NCBI GenBank assembly: GCA_016195485.1
Contig: JACPZM010000063.1
Location: forward strand, 1-46,680
Reading direction: 5' to 3'
DNA length: 46,680 bases
Source: Candidatus Troglogloeales bacterium
Lineage (GTDB): Bacteria; Nitrospirota; Nitrospiria; SBBL01; SBBA01
The notes under the pieces are model-generated. The model was not told where the DNA came from, did no database searches, and was given only the letters and a program-made list of their open reading frames with translations. The translations under genes were made by a program, and so were the position numbers. The first letter of the stretch is position 1, and every line of letters starts with the position of its first letter. This document shows positions 8,064-18,153 of this stretch, piece by piece.

Positions 8064-9244
8064 GAGTCCGCTCCTTCGATATGCAGGATTTTTGCTTTTT
8101 TCCCAGACCTGCGAACCGGAATATCTTTGGAAACCCTGTAAAGAATCTCCGCCGCCGCCCAATTCATTAAAAGCGAAGAGCCGCCGTAACTGATAAAAGC
8201 GAGGGAAAGCCCCTTTGTTGGCAACAGCCCAGTGACCACCCCCATATTCATCAGCGCAGGCATTACGATGAGAAGCGTGGTTCCGATGGCCAGTATTTGT
8301 CCAAATGGCTCCTCGATTCCCTGGGCGATGCGCGCCCCTTTCCACAGCAGAGATAAAAATAAGACGATGACACAAAAAGTGCCAATGAACCCGAGCTCTT
8401 CTCCAATAACTGAAAAGATAAAATCGGTATGAGGCTGTGGGAGAAAAAAGAGTTTCTGCTGTCCTTCCCCTAACCCCACCCCAAATGTTCCCCCGCTTCC
8501 TAACGCAATATAGGATTGATTAATCTGAAATGACTTTGCCGGCGGATCAGACAACGGATTGATATAGGTCTTCACCCGCTGGAGCATGTAAGGGAACCGA
8601 ATCAGTGAATAAGTTACAAAGGGGACGGCGAGTGCGCTGAGCCATGCTAAATGGCGAAGCGATGCCCCTCCAATAAAAAGAAGGATCACGGTCATGATTG
8701 CGATCGTTAAGGTTGTTCCCAAGTCAGGTTCCATCCATATCAGAAAGCTTAACATCCCCAGAATCAACAGTACCGGCCAAAGGCCGCGAAAGAACTTCGC
8801 AAGGTGATCCCCCTTTTTTGCGATATAATGCGCCAGGTAGATCACCGTAAAAAGCTTGGCAAACTCCGATGGCTGAAAACTGATCGGGCCAATCCGCATC
8901 CATCGACGCGCCCCATTTACATCCACTCCAAAGAAGTAGACACAACAAAGAAGGGTAAAGATGATACCGCTTATGGGAATAATCCCTTCACGAAACTGAT
9001 GATAGTCTGTTTGCGCCATGAAGAAAAACGCAGCAATTCCGATGAGCGTCCATAAGAGTTGTCTTTTTAAAAAGTAGGTGGAATCGGCATAGTTCTTCCA
9101 TGCCAAGGCCGAACTGGCGCTATACACCATGATCAGCCCAAGCAAACAGAGAGAGAGAAGGATAAAAAGAACGACCCGATCCCCCCGGGCAACGCCGCTC
9201 CCTTCCTTTCGCGTTTCCTTTTTTATAGGGTGAATATTTTTCAT
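8060..9244 (-). CDS. ftsW: SEDS-family peptidoglycan glycosyltransferase FtsW
   Basis: Multi-TM FtsW/RodA/SpoVE pattern (FQPSEFAKL, PHTDFIF). ATG 9244 overlaps the murD stop (ATGA). Confidence 0.93.
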   Translation of the reverse strand: MKNIHPIKKETRKEGSGVARGDRVVLFILLSLCLLGLIMVYSASSALAWKNYADSTYFLKRQLLWTLIGIAAFFFMAQTDYHQFREGIIPISGIIFTLLCCVYFFGVDVNGARRWMRIGPISFQPSEFAKLFTVIYLAHYIAKKGDHLAKFFRGLWPVLLILGMLSFLIWMEPDLGTTLTIAIMTVILLFIGGASLRHLAWLSALAVPFVTYSLIRFPYMLQRVKTYINPLSDPPAKSFQINQSYIALGSGGTFGVGLGEGQQKLFFLPQPHTDFIFSVIGEELGFIGTFCVIVLFLSLLWKGARIAQGIEEPFGQILAIGTTLLIVMPALMNMGVVTGLLPTKGLSLAFISYGGSSLLMNWAAAEILYRVSKDIPVRRSGKKAKILHIEGADS

Positions 9245-10620
9245 GGCGGACAAAGCCCCAACACCGCCTTTTTAAATCTATCCCCTCGATCTTCGTAATT
9301 TTTAAACATATCAAAACTGGCGCAGCCGGGCGAGAGCAGGACCACATCCCCCCTATTGGCTGACGCGGCGGCTATTAAAACAGCCTCTTCCATTGAGTGC
9401 ACGCGATCCATTGCAGGATGACCTTTAAAACAATGGGCCATCTTTTCCAATGCATCCCCCATTAGAATTAATCGTTTTACCTTTTTCAATATGACCTCCC
9501 GTAGCGGCGTAAAATCAGACCCTTTATCCAGCCCGCCCGCAATTAACAAAACCTTCGCATTGATTCCTTCAAGTGATTTTAAAACGGAGCCGACATTCGT
9601 CCCTTTGGAGTCATTAATGTAGCGCACCCCCCTTAACTCCCTGACAGGTTCCATCCGGTGAGGAAGCCCCGAAAATCGTGTGAGCGTTTTTGCAATGGCG
9701 TCTTGTGAGGCGCCAGCAAGCAGGGCAATGGTCGTTGCGGCCATGACATTTTCAAGATTATGGCTTCCGACAAGTTTAATCGCCTTGAGTCCGATGATCG
9801 GCTCTTCCTTTCCCATAATGCTCGAAACAAGTGTGTCCTTCAAAACGGTTACCCCTTGCCTCGGAAACAGGGGATCACCCAACCTGCTAAACCAAACGGG
9901 AATTCCTTTGCATGTGTTTGGATAAGAGGACGGAAAGAGCGGAATGGGCGGAAAGGCGTCCGCGTTTAAGACGGCATAATCGACCCGTTTCTGATTTTCA
10001 AAAATCCGCTCCTTCAGCCTGCGATAGGTTTCCATATTTCCATGACGATCCTGATGGTCTTCCGTGACATTGAGCAAAGCAGCAATTTTAGGCCGAAAGG
10101 TTGCAATCGTTTCTAACTGAAATGAACTGACCTCCACGACAATAAAATCAAACGGACGAAACGCAGCCAATGAAAGAGGGGTTCCGATATTTCCCCCCAG
10201 GAAGACCTTAAAGCCGCTCTCCTTCAGGATTTCAGCCGTGAGCGTTGTGGTGGTGCTTTTCCCATTGGTGCCGGTAATCGCAATAATCGGGGCCACGACA
10301 AATAAAGAGGCCAGTTCTAATTCCCCGATGACCGGTATCCCTGCGGATGCAAGTTCGTTCATTGGAAGGCGTGTGGGAGGAACGCCGGGACTCACAACAA
10401 CCATCTCTGCCGAAAGCATATCCTCGGCCCTCATGCCACCTAATTGAAACCGAATTGGAAAATCGCTTTTCAGAGAAACAAGATTTTTGGGGGGATCTTT
10501 TCTCTCATCATCCACAACAAGGACCTCGGCGCCTTGTCTCGCAAGTAAAGAGGCCGCGGCTTCACCGCTTTTCCCAACTCCAACAACCGTCACTTTCTTT
10601 TTTTCCATGTTCATATTCAT
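9241..10620 (-). CDS. murD: UDP-N-acetylmuramoylalanine--D-glutamate ligase MurD
   Basis: VVGVGKSGEAAA Rossmann motif and ITGTNGKSTTT P-loop. Start is ambiguous (ATG 10620, 10614 or 10608; GTG 10641 lies inside a hairpin). Confidence 0.95.
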   Translation of the reverse strand: MNMNMEKKKVTVVGVGKSGEAAASLLARQGAEVLVVDDERKDPPKNLVSLKSDFPIRFQLGGMRAEDMLSAEMVVVSPGVPPTRLPMNELASAGIPVIGELELASLFVVAPIIAITGTNGKSTTTTLTAEILKESGFKVFLGGNIGTPLSLAAFRPFDFIVVEVSSFQLETIATFRPKIAALLNVTEDHQDRHGNMETYRRLKERIFENQKRVDYAVLNADAFPPIPLFPSSYPNTCKGIPVWFSRLGDPLFPRQGVTVLKDTLVSSIMGKEEPIIGLKAIKLVGSHNLENVMAATTIALLAGASQDAIAKTLTRFSGLPHRMEPVRELRGVRYINDSKGTNVGSVLKSLEGINAKVLLIAGGLDKGSDFTPLREVILKKVKRLILMGDALEKMAHCFKGHPAMDRVHSMEEAVLIAAASANRGDVVLLSPGCASFDMFKNYEDRGDRFKKAVLGLCPP

Positions 10621-10629
10621 ATTTATCGC

Positions 10630-10655
10630 AGGGGCAGACACATAGGTCTGCCCCT
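10630..10655. repeat. TAGGGGC-type palindrome (family 2) at the mraY stop
   Basis: AGGGGCAGAC-acatag-GTCTGCCCCT, a perfect 10-bp stem. The mraY TAG is part of the 3' arm. Confidence 0.75.
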
Positions 10656-11730
10656 ACCTTAATTTCAATGTGCTCAAACTGAGCAATGCCAATATCACCG
10701 ACGCGATCCAGAATCGGACCACCACTTTTGACTCGTGCCACCCTAAGAGTTCAAAGTGATGATGCAGTGGAGCCATCAGGAATACCCTTTTCCCGCGCGA
10801 TTTGTATGAGACCACTTGAAAAATAACCGAGAGCGCCTCAATGACAAAAATTCCTCCTACCAGCACGAGGAGCAACTCGTGCTTTGCGATGACGGCAACA
10901 ACCCCTAACGCCGCCCCCAAGGGGAGGGAGCCAACATCCCCCATAAAAACCGATGCGGGATAAGCGTTAAACCAGAGAAACCCCATAGAAGCGCCGATAA
11001 TGGCCCCGCAAAAAATCGAAAGCTCTCCAGCCCCTTCGATATGCGGGATCAAAAGATATCCGGAGAGCGCCTTGTGCCCTGAAACATAAGCAACAATCAG
11101 ATAGGCTACCGCCGCCACAATGATAGGGCCAATGGCCAGACCATCCAGTCCATCGGTTAGATTAACTGCGTTGGAAGCCCCTACAATCACTAAAACGGCG
11201 AAGAGTATATAAAAAGGGCCAATATCAGGCGTAAAGCTTTTTAAAAACGGGATTGAAAGGCGGCTTGAGATCGGCCCAGAAAGATAAATTCCAATTGCGG
11301 CAACCGCGGCGGCCCCCGTCTGAAGCGAAAACTTGGTGCGCGGAAGCAGCCCCTTTGGATTTTTTTGGACACACTTTAGATAATCATCCCAAAACCCGAT
11401 GGCGCCAAAACTGATTGTCACAAAAATGGCCAGCCAAATATAATGGTTTGTGAGATCGGCCCATAGCAAAGTAGCTACAAGGATGGCCCCCAGGATAAGT
11501 CCTCCCCCCATCGTCGGTGTGCCAGCCTTTTTAACATGAGACGCCGGGCCGTCATCTCGAACGGGTTGTCCCATCTGATACTTCGCTAAAAGATCGATGA
11601 CCCGCTTTCCAAGCAGCAGACAGAGGAAAAGCGCTGTCAACACCGCGTAAACAGTACGAAAGGTAATATAGCGAAAGATATTAAAGAAGGAATAGACATT
11701 ATGCAGAGGATATAAAAGATTGTATAGCAT
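10654..11730 (-). CDS. mraY: Phospho-N-acetylmuramoyl-pentapeptide transferase MraY
   Basis: [13 protein letters not shown] and PLHHHFE motifs, about 10 TM segments. Confidence 0.97.
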   Translation of the reverse strand: MLYNLLYPLHNVYSFFNIFRYITFRTVYAVLTALFLCLLLGKRVIDLLAKYQMGQPVRDDGPASHVKKAGTPTMGGGLILGAILVATLLWADLTNHYIWLAIFVTISFGAIGFWDDYLKCVQKNPKGLLPRTKFSLQTGAAAVAAIGIYLSGPISSRLSIPFLKSFTPDIGPFYILFAVLVIVGASNAVNLTDGLDGLAIGPIIVAAVAYLIVAYVSGHKALSGYLLIPHIEGAGELSIFCGAIIGASMGFLWFNAYPASVFMGDVGSLPLGAALGVVAVIAKHELLLVLVGGIFVIEALSVIFQVVSYKSRGKRVFLMAPLHHHFELLGWHESKVVVRFWIASVILALLSLSTLKLR

Positions 11731-13178
11731 TAGTCTGCCATCTCCTTTTCAGGGACCGTGCATTCTTGCGGAGAATCGAGTAGACGTTCCATCCTCATTC
11801 CGCGCGATCCTTTAATCAGCACAATATCTCCTTTTTGGATTTCGTGTGCAAGGTCAACCGACTTAAGGTTCTCATAAGCGGAAATGGTCTCTTTTCCCAT
11901 CCCCTCCTCCTCCGCAGCCTGTGCGACCACTGCGCTGAATTTCCCTACGGTAATGAGTCGGTCAATCCGATGTTGCGCCACCTTACGACCCAAGTCCCGA
12001 TGAGCAGATTTCGCCGCATTCCCCAATTCCAGCATATCGCCCAGGATGGCCACTTTACGGCGCTGCTCTGCGAGGGTAACGTACCCTGCGAGGGTTTGTA
12101 TTCCAGCCTTCATTGACGCGGGGTTGGCATTATAGGCGTCCAATAAAATAGTGGCGCCGTTCCATGCGATCATCTCTCCCCTGAGCGGGATAGGGCGGAT
12201 TTCACGCAACGCGGAACGAATTTCATCAAATTCATACCCCAACGCGAGGGCCGCGGCCGATGCGGCCAGGGCGTTATAAACCTGATGTTCCCCCAATAAT
12301 GAGAGGACCACCTTCATTTTTCCGCCCCCTCCCTTGTGGTTTCGATTCAGTGTAAGGGTGAATGCAATCCCGTTCCCATACTGTTCTATCTCCGACGCAG
12401 TTGCGTCTGCGTCGCCTCCAATAGAATAAGTCCACTTCTCAGAAAGTGTGCCCTCCCATTGCGATAAATAGGGATCATCTTTATTGATGATGGCGATGCC
12501 ACCCGAGGCCATTGTCTCAAACAGAACTCCTTTCTCGGCGGCGACCCCTTCTGCATTGCTAAGAAATTCTAAATGGGCAGGGCCTATATTGGTAATGATC
12601 CCTACCGTCGGCTTTGCTATCTCACAAAGAAGCCGCATATCCCCAGGCCGACTGATTCCCATTTCCAGCACAACGGCCTGATCCCCTTTCCCAAGACGAA
12701 GTAGGGTGAGCGGGAGACCAATATGGTTATTGAGGTTTCCTTCTGTCTTCAAAATAGGGCCGCGTCGAGCCAGAATGTTTGCCAGCATCTCTTTGGTTGT
12801 TGTTTTTCCATTACTGCCGGTAATCCCAATAAGCGGGCACTCAAACGATTGTCTATGCCATTTGGCAAGCGCTTGCAAACCAACAAGGGGATCGTCCACC
12901 ACAATCATAAAATGAGATCGGGACGCTGACTGCGAAAGGTTCTGTCGACTCGCAAACCATGAGCGCGCCACCATTGCCCCTGCCGCCCCCTTACGAAAGG
13001 CCTCTTCCACAAAGTGATGTCCATCCTGCTTTGTCCCTTTTAAAGCGATAAAGATCTCGTCCGGCTGTAAGGTTTGTGTGTTAATCGAAAAGCCGACTAT
13101 CGGACGATTTCCCGGATTCCCATCAATCTGGGCATTGCCTCCCTTCCCCCATTCTAAAAGCCTGTCAACTGACCACAT
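11730..13178 (-). CDS. murF: UDP-MurNAc-tripeptide--D-alanyl-D-alanine ligase MurF
   Basis: [15 protein letters not shown]-loop and Mur ligase middle/C-terminal domains. Stop overlaps the mraY ATG (TAATG). Confidence 0.95.
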   Translation of the reverse strand: MWSVDRLLEWGKGGNAQIDGNPGNRPIVGFSINTQTLQPDEIFIALKGTKQDGHHFVEEAFRKGAAGAMVARSWFASRQNLSQSASRSHFMIVVDDPLVGLQALAKWHRQSFECPLIGITGSNGKTTTKEMLANILARRGPILKTEGNLNNHIGLPLTLLRLGKGDQAVVLEMGISRPGDMRLLCEIAKPTVGIITNIGPAHLEFLSNAEGVAAEKGVLFETMASGGIAIINKDDPYLSQWEGTLSEKWTYSIGGDADATASEIEQYGNGIAFTLTLNRNHKGGGGKMKVVLSLLGEHQVYNALAASAAALALGYEFDEIRSALREIRPIPLRGEMIAWNGATILLDAYNANPASMKAGIQTLAGYVTLAEQRRKVAILGDMLELGNAAKSAHRDLGRKVAQHRIDRLITVGKFSAVVAQAAEEEGMGKETISAYENLKSVDLAHEIQKGDIVLIKGSRGMRMERLLDSPQECTVPEKEMAD

Positions 13179-14673
13179 ACAGTTTTCCTAATCCCTTCCG
13201 CTCTGATAGTGCGAGGCGCGCGACCTCTCTGTCGTCAAACCGGATAATGCGATCCCCAATGATTTGATATTGTTCATGCCCTTTTCCAGCGATCACTACT
13301 GCGTCCCCCGTTTCTGCAAGCGAGATTGCGCGGACGATCGCCTCGCCCCGGTCCGGGATAATCTCATACATCGGTTTGGGTGTCTTGTTTAACATCCCCG
13401 TTTCCATTTCTTTGATAATCGAAAGCGGAGGTTCGGATCGGGGATTATCCGATGTCAGAATAGAGAGGCGACTGTATAATGAGGCCACTTCGCCCATCTT
13501 GGGGCGTTTTCCTCGATCACGATCTCCGCCGCAGCCAACCACGGTAATAACGTGTCCTAACGCTAAAGAAGAAACCGACTGTAACAAGCGGGAGAGGGCA
13601 TCTTCGGTATGGGCATAATCGACAATCACCAGAAAATCCTGACCCAGGTCAATCTTCTCAAATCGGCCCGGCACCGATTTCATCGCCGCAATCCCCGTTG
13701 AAATTGACTCCTTGGAAAGACCTGTGGCTACGCCAACACCAATGGCTCCCAATATATTGTAAACGTTATACTGGCCGGTCAGTGCAGAAGTAATCTCAAG
13801 TTCCCCAATGGGCGTTGTAACCGCCATCTGAATCCCCTGCAGGGTTAAGGAGATCGATCTGGGATAGATATCTTGATGATTGTCTATTCCATAACAGAGT
13901 GTGCGTTCGGAGAGATCCCTTTTTAATTCCATTCCCCACGGATCATCGACGTTAATGACACAAAGACCCGTCGTTTGACGAAAAAGTTTTTTCTTCGCCT
14001 CAAAATAGGCATCCATTGTCTTGTGATAATCCAAATGGTCTTGTGTTAAATTGGTAAAGACGGCGGTGTCAAAGGACAAGCCAAAAACCCGTTTCTGATC
14101 CAGGCTGTGTGAAGAAACTTCCATAACGACATCCGTCGTTCCGCGCTTTCTCATATCTGCAAAAAGAGACTGCAACTCTAGAATTCCTGGCGTTGTTTGA
14201 GAGGCCGTGACAATCCCATCCCCACCCTGCCTCCCCTTGAAGGGGAGGGGAGCTTGGTTTTCATCGCCCAAATCATAGTGGATTGTGCCAAGCAGTCCTG
14301 TCTTTCTGCCATAGGTTTTAAGAAGGGACTGTGCCAAAAATGCGGTCGTTGTCTTTCCATTGGTTCCAGTAATCCCCACGAGGTGAAGTCCATGCGTTGG
14401 CCTCCTGAAAAATTGGGAGGCAAGTTTAAACAGCGCCTCATGGGCGTCTTGAACTTCGATAGTCGTTTCCTGCCCAAACGGCGTACGCTTTCCTTCAACT
14501 TCTTTTTCAGCCACGACTGCCACTGCGCCCCGGGATACTGCCTCTTTAATGAATTTTCGGCCGTCATTTTGAGTGCCGGGAAGGGCAACAAAAAGGGATC
14601 CTTTTGTGGCCTTTCTTGAATCGGTTACGATCTGGTCTATTTCTAATGCTGCTTCTCCCACGACAAGCTTCAC
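13165..14673 (-). CDS. murE: UDP-MurNAc-tripeptide synthetase MurE
   Basis: DSRKATKGSLFVAL, GITGTNGKTTTAFL, SDNPRSE. GTG start 1 nt after the ftsI stop. Confidence 0.95.
   Translation of the reverse strand: MKLVVGEAALEIDQIVTDSRKATKGSLFVALPGTQNDGRKFIKEAVSRGAVAVVAEKEVEGKRTPFGQETTIEVQDAHEALFKLASQFFRRPTHGLHLVGITGTNGKTTTAFLAQSLLKTYGRKTGLLGTIHYDLGDENQAPLPFKGRQGGDGIVTASQTTPGILELQSLFADMRKRGTTDVVMEVSSHSLDQKRVFGLSFDTAVFTNLTQDHLDYHKTMDAYFEAKKKLFRQTTGLCVINVDDPWGMELKRDLSERTLCYGIDNHQDIYPRSISLTLQGIQMAVTTPIGELEITSALTGQYNVYNILGAIGVGVATGLSKESISTGIAAMKSVPGRFEKIDLGQDFLVIVDYAHTEDALSRLLQSVSSLALGHVITVVGCGGDRDRGKRPKMGEVASLYSRLSILTSDNPRSEPPLSIIKEMETGMLNKTPKPMYEIIPDRGEAIVRAISLAETGDAVVIAGKGHEQYQIIGDRIIRFDDREVARLALSERKGLGKLYVVS
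14230..14248. repeat. Family 1 hairpin repeat inside the murE coding sequence
   Basis: CCTCCCC-ttgaa-GGGGAGG with the same 20-nt core as 6951..6970. Read in-frame as PLPFKGRQGG. Confidence 0.7.
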
Positions 14674-14674
14674 A

Positions 14675-16414
14675 TCAAGCCCCTTTCTCTCGGGAAGGAG
14701 ATGTTGTCACCGTACTCACCCCAACCGATGAATCGGGAGGAATCTTTAAATAACGAAGCACCTCTCTGCCAATCGCCGAAAAAACAGGAGCCGCCACTTC
14801 TCCACCTGTTCTTTCGCCTGCCGCCTCATCAATCATGACCAGAATAGATAGAACCGGCTTATTGGCCGGAACAAAACCAACGAATGAGCTGACATACCCA
14901 TTTTTAGAATAAACCCCTGTAACGGGATCTATCTTTTGTGCCGTACCGGTTTTTCCCGCTACGACAAATCCGGGGATCGCGGCCTTCCTTCCTGTTCCCA
15001 TCACAACGACCCGCTCCAAAATTGCTGTCATCTCCTTTACCGTTCTATCCGATATGACCTTTTCCCCGACAGGGGTAGGGGCGAGGTCTCCTCGCCCTAT
15101 CGAATGATTGTCTATAACATGGGGAGTGACGAGAACTCCGTTGTTGGCGATAACTGCCGCCGCCGAAATCATCTGCAGGGCCGTTACGCCTATCTCCTGG
15201 CCAATCGCGATGGAGGCCAGTGATCGACTTGACCATGCATCGACATTGTGCAGCAGGCCGGGGGACTCTCCGGTGAGGTCAATCCCTCGCCGTGTTCCAA
15301 AACCGAAAGAACGGGCGTACTCGGAAAGCTTCTCGGCTCCCAACCGAGTTGCAACCTTAATCGTTCCGATATTGCTTGATTTTGCGATGACATCATAAAA
15401 AGGAACCTTTCCCATAGGTGTATGGTCATGGATCATTGTTCCAGCGATAGCATAGACTCCATTTTCACAATCAATGACCTCTTCCGGTGAGACCAATTTC
15501 TCTTCCAGCGCCGCTGCGGCTGTTACAATTTTAAAAGTAGACCCCGGCTCGTACATATCGGTAATAGCCTTATTTCTCCACTCCGAGGGCTGATACAAAC
15601 CGATCTTGTTTGGGTTAAAAGGAGGGTACACCGCCATGGACAAGATCGCGCCGTTTGTTGGATTCATGACCAGCACGGTTCCTGCCTTCGCACCTGATTG
15701 CTCTACGCCATGTTGAAGCGCGCGCGCGCTGATATACTGAATGGTTTCGTCTAATGTTAAGGTGACGTCTCCCCCTTGAGAGGGGGGAATATAATTAAAT
15801 CCTTTCGGATAGATCGATCTTCCGTACGCATCACGTACGACCACAACCCCGCCCTTTTTTCCTTTTAATAGATCGTCGTACTTATGCTCCACTCCTTCTA
15901 AACCATTGTTGTCAATGCCGACAAAACCAATAATATGGCCAAATAAGGCGCGTTTTGGATAAAACCGTTTACTCTCCATTAACACCTCAATGCCGGGCAG
16001 TTGTAACTTTTCAACCGCGATCAATCTTGTCTGCTCAATCTTTCTGGCAATCCAGACAAAATCCTTCTCACGATTGAATTTCTCAATCAATGAGCGTGGT
16101 GTGACGTTTAAAAGAGGGGCGAGCTGTTTTGCGGTTTTAGCTGGATTTTTTATTTTATCCGAGATCGCAAAAAGGGAGGGGACTTCAACATTGATGGCCA
16201 AAATCCTTCCATTCCGGTCATAAATGGTTCCTCGTTCGACATCGGCCGGGATCGTTCTTTCATGTTGTGCCTTCGCAAGATGATCCCATTTCCCATGTTG
16301 TAGCCATTGGATAACGGCGAGCCGAATCAGAACAAATAAAAACCCCACGGTCAAAACCGATGCGACGAGAAAAAACTGGGCGGATCGTGAAAAGGGTGTT
16401 GGACCTTTTGACAT
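14675..16414 (-). CDS. ftsI: Division-specific class B penicillin-binding protein FtsI (PBP3-type transpeptidase)
   Basis: N-terminal TM helix, then STFK (PGSTFKIV), SSN (KSSNIG) and KTGT (AGKTGTAQ) active-site motifs. Confidence 0.93.
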   Translation of the reverse strand: MSKGPTPFSRSAQFFLVASVLTVGFLFVLIRLAVIQWLQHGKWDHLAKAQHERTIPADVERGTIYDRNGRILAINVEVPSLFAISDKIKNPAKTAKQLAPLLNVTPRSLIEKFNREKDFVWIARKIEQTRLIAVEKLQLPGIEVLMESKRFYPKRALFGHIIGFVGIDNNGLEGVEHKYDDLLKGKKGGVVVVRDAYGRSIYPKGFNYIPPSQGGDVTLTLDETIQYISARALQHGVEQSGAKAGTVLVMNPTNGAILSMAVYPPFNPNKIGLYQPSEWRNKAITDMYEPGSTFKIVTAAAALEEKLVSPEEVIDCENGVYAIAGTMIHDHTPMGKVPFYDVIAKSSNIGTIKVATRLGAEKLSEYARSFGFGTRRGIDLTGESPGLLHNVDAWSSRSLASIAIGQEIGVTALQMISAAAVIANNGVLVTPHVIDNHSIGRGDLAPTPVGEKVISDRTVKEMTAILERVVVMGTGRKAAIPGFVVAGKTGTAQKIDPVTGVYSKNGYVSSFVGFVPANKPVLSILVMIDEAAGERTGGEVAAPVFSAIGREVLRYLKIPPDSSVGVSTVTTSPSREKGA

Positions 16415-16417
16415 CAG

Positions 16418-16693
16418 CTATTTTCCCTTTATATAGACAAGTGTTGTTGGCGACGCGGAAATCATGGAAAGCCGTAAAATCGCCGCCTCTTCAATCTTAT
16501 CCAGTGCGCTGATACTCTCGACTTCAATTAAAAGATTCTTATGCAGTTTCGTCAGTCGTCCCTTCTGTGTCTGCATCGCCTGGATTTCATAACCCACGCG
16601 GGTCATCCGAGCCCTCTGCCATAAAGACAGGAAAGAGAGAAATAGAATGGCAACAATCATCCCGCCAAAAAGAAAAAATTTCCCCCCTTTCAT
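16418..16693 (-). CDS. ftsL: Cell division protein FtsL
   Basis: 91-aa bitopic protein (TM helix plus coiled coil) in the conserved slot between rsmH and ftsI. Confidence 0.7.
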   Translation of the reverse strand: MKGGKFFLFGGMIVAILFLSFLSLWQRARMTRVGYEIQAMQTQKGRLTKLHKNLLIEVESISALDKIEEAAILRLSMISASPTTLVYIKGK

Positions 16694-16694
16694 A

Positions 16695-17672
16695 TCATGC
16701 GACTCTTTCCAGCGCGCGGAGTTTTGCCGATCGCGCCCGGAGATTTTTTGCGACTTCCTCCCGCGTGGCGATAATCGGTTTTTTATAAAGATTGATAAAT
16801 TTTTTTACTGAGGGCGCAGCATGCGGCGCCCCTACATGACATAATTCTCTGAATCTATTTTTCACAGGCCGATCTTCTAACGAGTGAAAAGAGATCACCA
16901 CCAGTCTTCCGCCAACGGCCAGCAGGGAAACCGCGTGAGAAAGACCTGCTTCGAGTTCACCCAACTCGTCATTGACCGCGATTCTTAATGCCTGAAAGGT
17001 TTTCGTAGCAGGGTGCGTCCGAGTCCATTTAGATTTTTGCCTTACCGCACGGCAAATGATATCTGCTAATTGGGTCGTTTGTGTGATCTCCCCCTTTTCC
17101 TCCCGGTGGCGCACAATGAAGGCCGCAATTTTCCGAGATCTTTGCTCTTCTCCATACTGATAGATCATATCTGCCAATTCTTTTTCGCGAAGGGTATTGA
17201 TTAACGTTGCTGCCGTGATCGGGAGAGACGGATCCATTCTCATATCGAGTGGGCCTAAGATTTGAAATGAAAACCCGCGTTTGGCCGAGGATAACTGCAT
17301 GGAAGAGATTCCTAAATCAAAAAGAATCCCGGAAACCTCGAACAGACCCAATCCCTTTGCAATTTCGAGAAGTGCCTTCAAGGAGCCATGACACAGTGTG
17401 ACCCGATCCTGAAAGGGGATCAGTCTCTGCTTCGCGATAGAAAGGGCATCGCGGTCCCGATCGATACCAATAACCCGGACATTTGGATCAGTGACTTTTA
17501 AGATCGCCTCTGTATGACCCCCCATCCCAACGGTACAATCAAGGTAGGTTGCTTCCACATCCTTCCTGCAAGATAAGGCTGACAATGTTTCTTCCACAAG
17601 CACCGGAGCATGACTGACTTCAGATAAATCCCCCCTTAACAAAGGGGGATTCAGGTGGTTGTTATATCCCAT
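16695..17672 (-). CDS. rsmH: 16S rRNA (cytosine1402-N4)-methyltransferase RsmH (MraW)
   Basis: HAPVLVEE, DCTVGMGGH, DLGISSMQL, SFHSLEDR. ATG 17672 follows the mraZ stop. The ORF 5' extension to 17720 overlaps mraZ. Confidence 0.95.
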   Translation of the reverse strand: MGYNNHLNPPLLRGDLSEVSHAPVLVEETLSALSCRKDVEATYLDCTVGMGGHTEAILKVTDPNVRVIGIDRDRDALSIAKQRLIPFQDRVTLCHGSLKALLEIAKGLGLFEVSGILFDLGISSMQLSSAKRGFSFQILGPLDMRMDPSLPITAATLINTLREKELADMIYQYGEEQRSRKIAAFIVRHREEKGEITQTTQLADIICRAVRQKSKWTRTHPATKTFQALRIAVNDELGELEAGLSHAVSLLAVGGRLVVISFHSLEDRPVKNRFRELCHVGAPHAAPSVKKFINLYKKPIIATREEVAKNLRARSAKLRALERVA

Positions 17673-17676
17673 TCGT

Positions 17677-18153
17677 TTATATCCCCAGACTGGCCATCGC
17701 CTCTTGAAGTTGTGCTTCATCTTGAAGGACGGAAGCCTCTTTTGCTTGCCATTTGCTTAAATCCCATATTTCGAGTAGATTCATGCACCCTACCAGAACC
17801 GTTTCTTTCTCTAATGCCGCGTACCCTCTAAGGTGCGTAGGTAGCAGAATGCGACCCGATTTATCCAATGGGCATTCCACGGCCCTTGAATAAAACAATC
17901 TTAAAAAATCTTTTCTCTTAATGAAGTCCTGTCCGGAGGCTCCCGACAGTTCTATTTGAGAGGCACGTTCCCTGATCGCATTCCATTCAGGTAAGGGATA
18001 GGCCACGATACAGGCGTCAACACTCGCCGTAGTCATAATAACAGTCCCTTCCGAATAGGCTGTCAGATATTCCCTGAATTTCGCAGGAATGGAGAGCCGC
18101 CCGTTTGCATCGATCGTATGGTCGTATCTTCCTATAAGCCCTATTAGTCCCAT
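17677..18153 (-). CDS. mraZ: Transcriptional regulator MraZ
   Basis: Two SpoVT/AbrB-like DxxGR motifs (DANGRLSIPAKFRE, DKSGRILLP). ATG 18153 is preferred over TTG 18210, which lies in the predicted -35 box. Confidence 0.93.
   Translation of the reverse strand: MGLIGLIGRYDHTIDANGRLSIPAKFREYLTAYSEGTVIMTTASVDACIVAYPLPEWNAIRERASQIELSGASGQDFIKRKDFLRLFYSRAVECPLDKSGRILLPTHLRGYAALEKETVLVGCMNLLEIWDLSKWQAKEASVLQDEAQLQEAMASLGI

Noticed and set aside
8064-8375. Long N-terminal extensions of the track ORFs for murG, and likewise for rpoN (24222..24392), ftsA (4205..4291), rsmH (17673..17720), mraZ (18154..18210) and the EBP (41801..41929).
   Set aside because: The extensions overlap the preceding gene or promoter elements and do not resemble the protein families. 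Internal ATGs with good SDs coincide with the conserved N-termini.
15770-15787. Hairpin TCCCCC-ttgaga-GGGGGA inside ftsI, translated as PPSQGGD, which could be another in-frame repeat insertion.
   Set aside because: The peptide aligns with the usual P..G.D(V)(T)LT(I/L)D segment of class B PBPs. It looks native, with chance self-complementarity.
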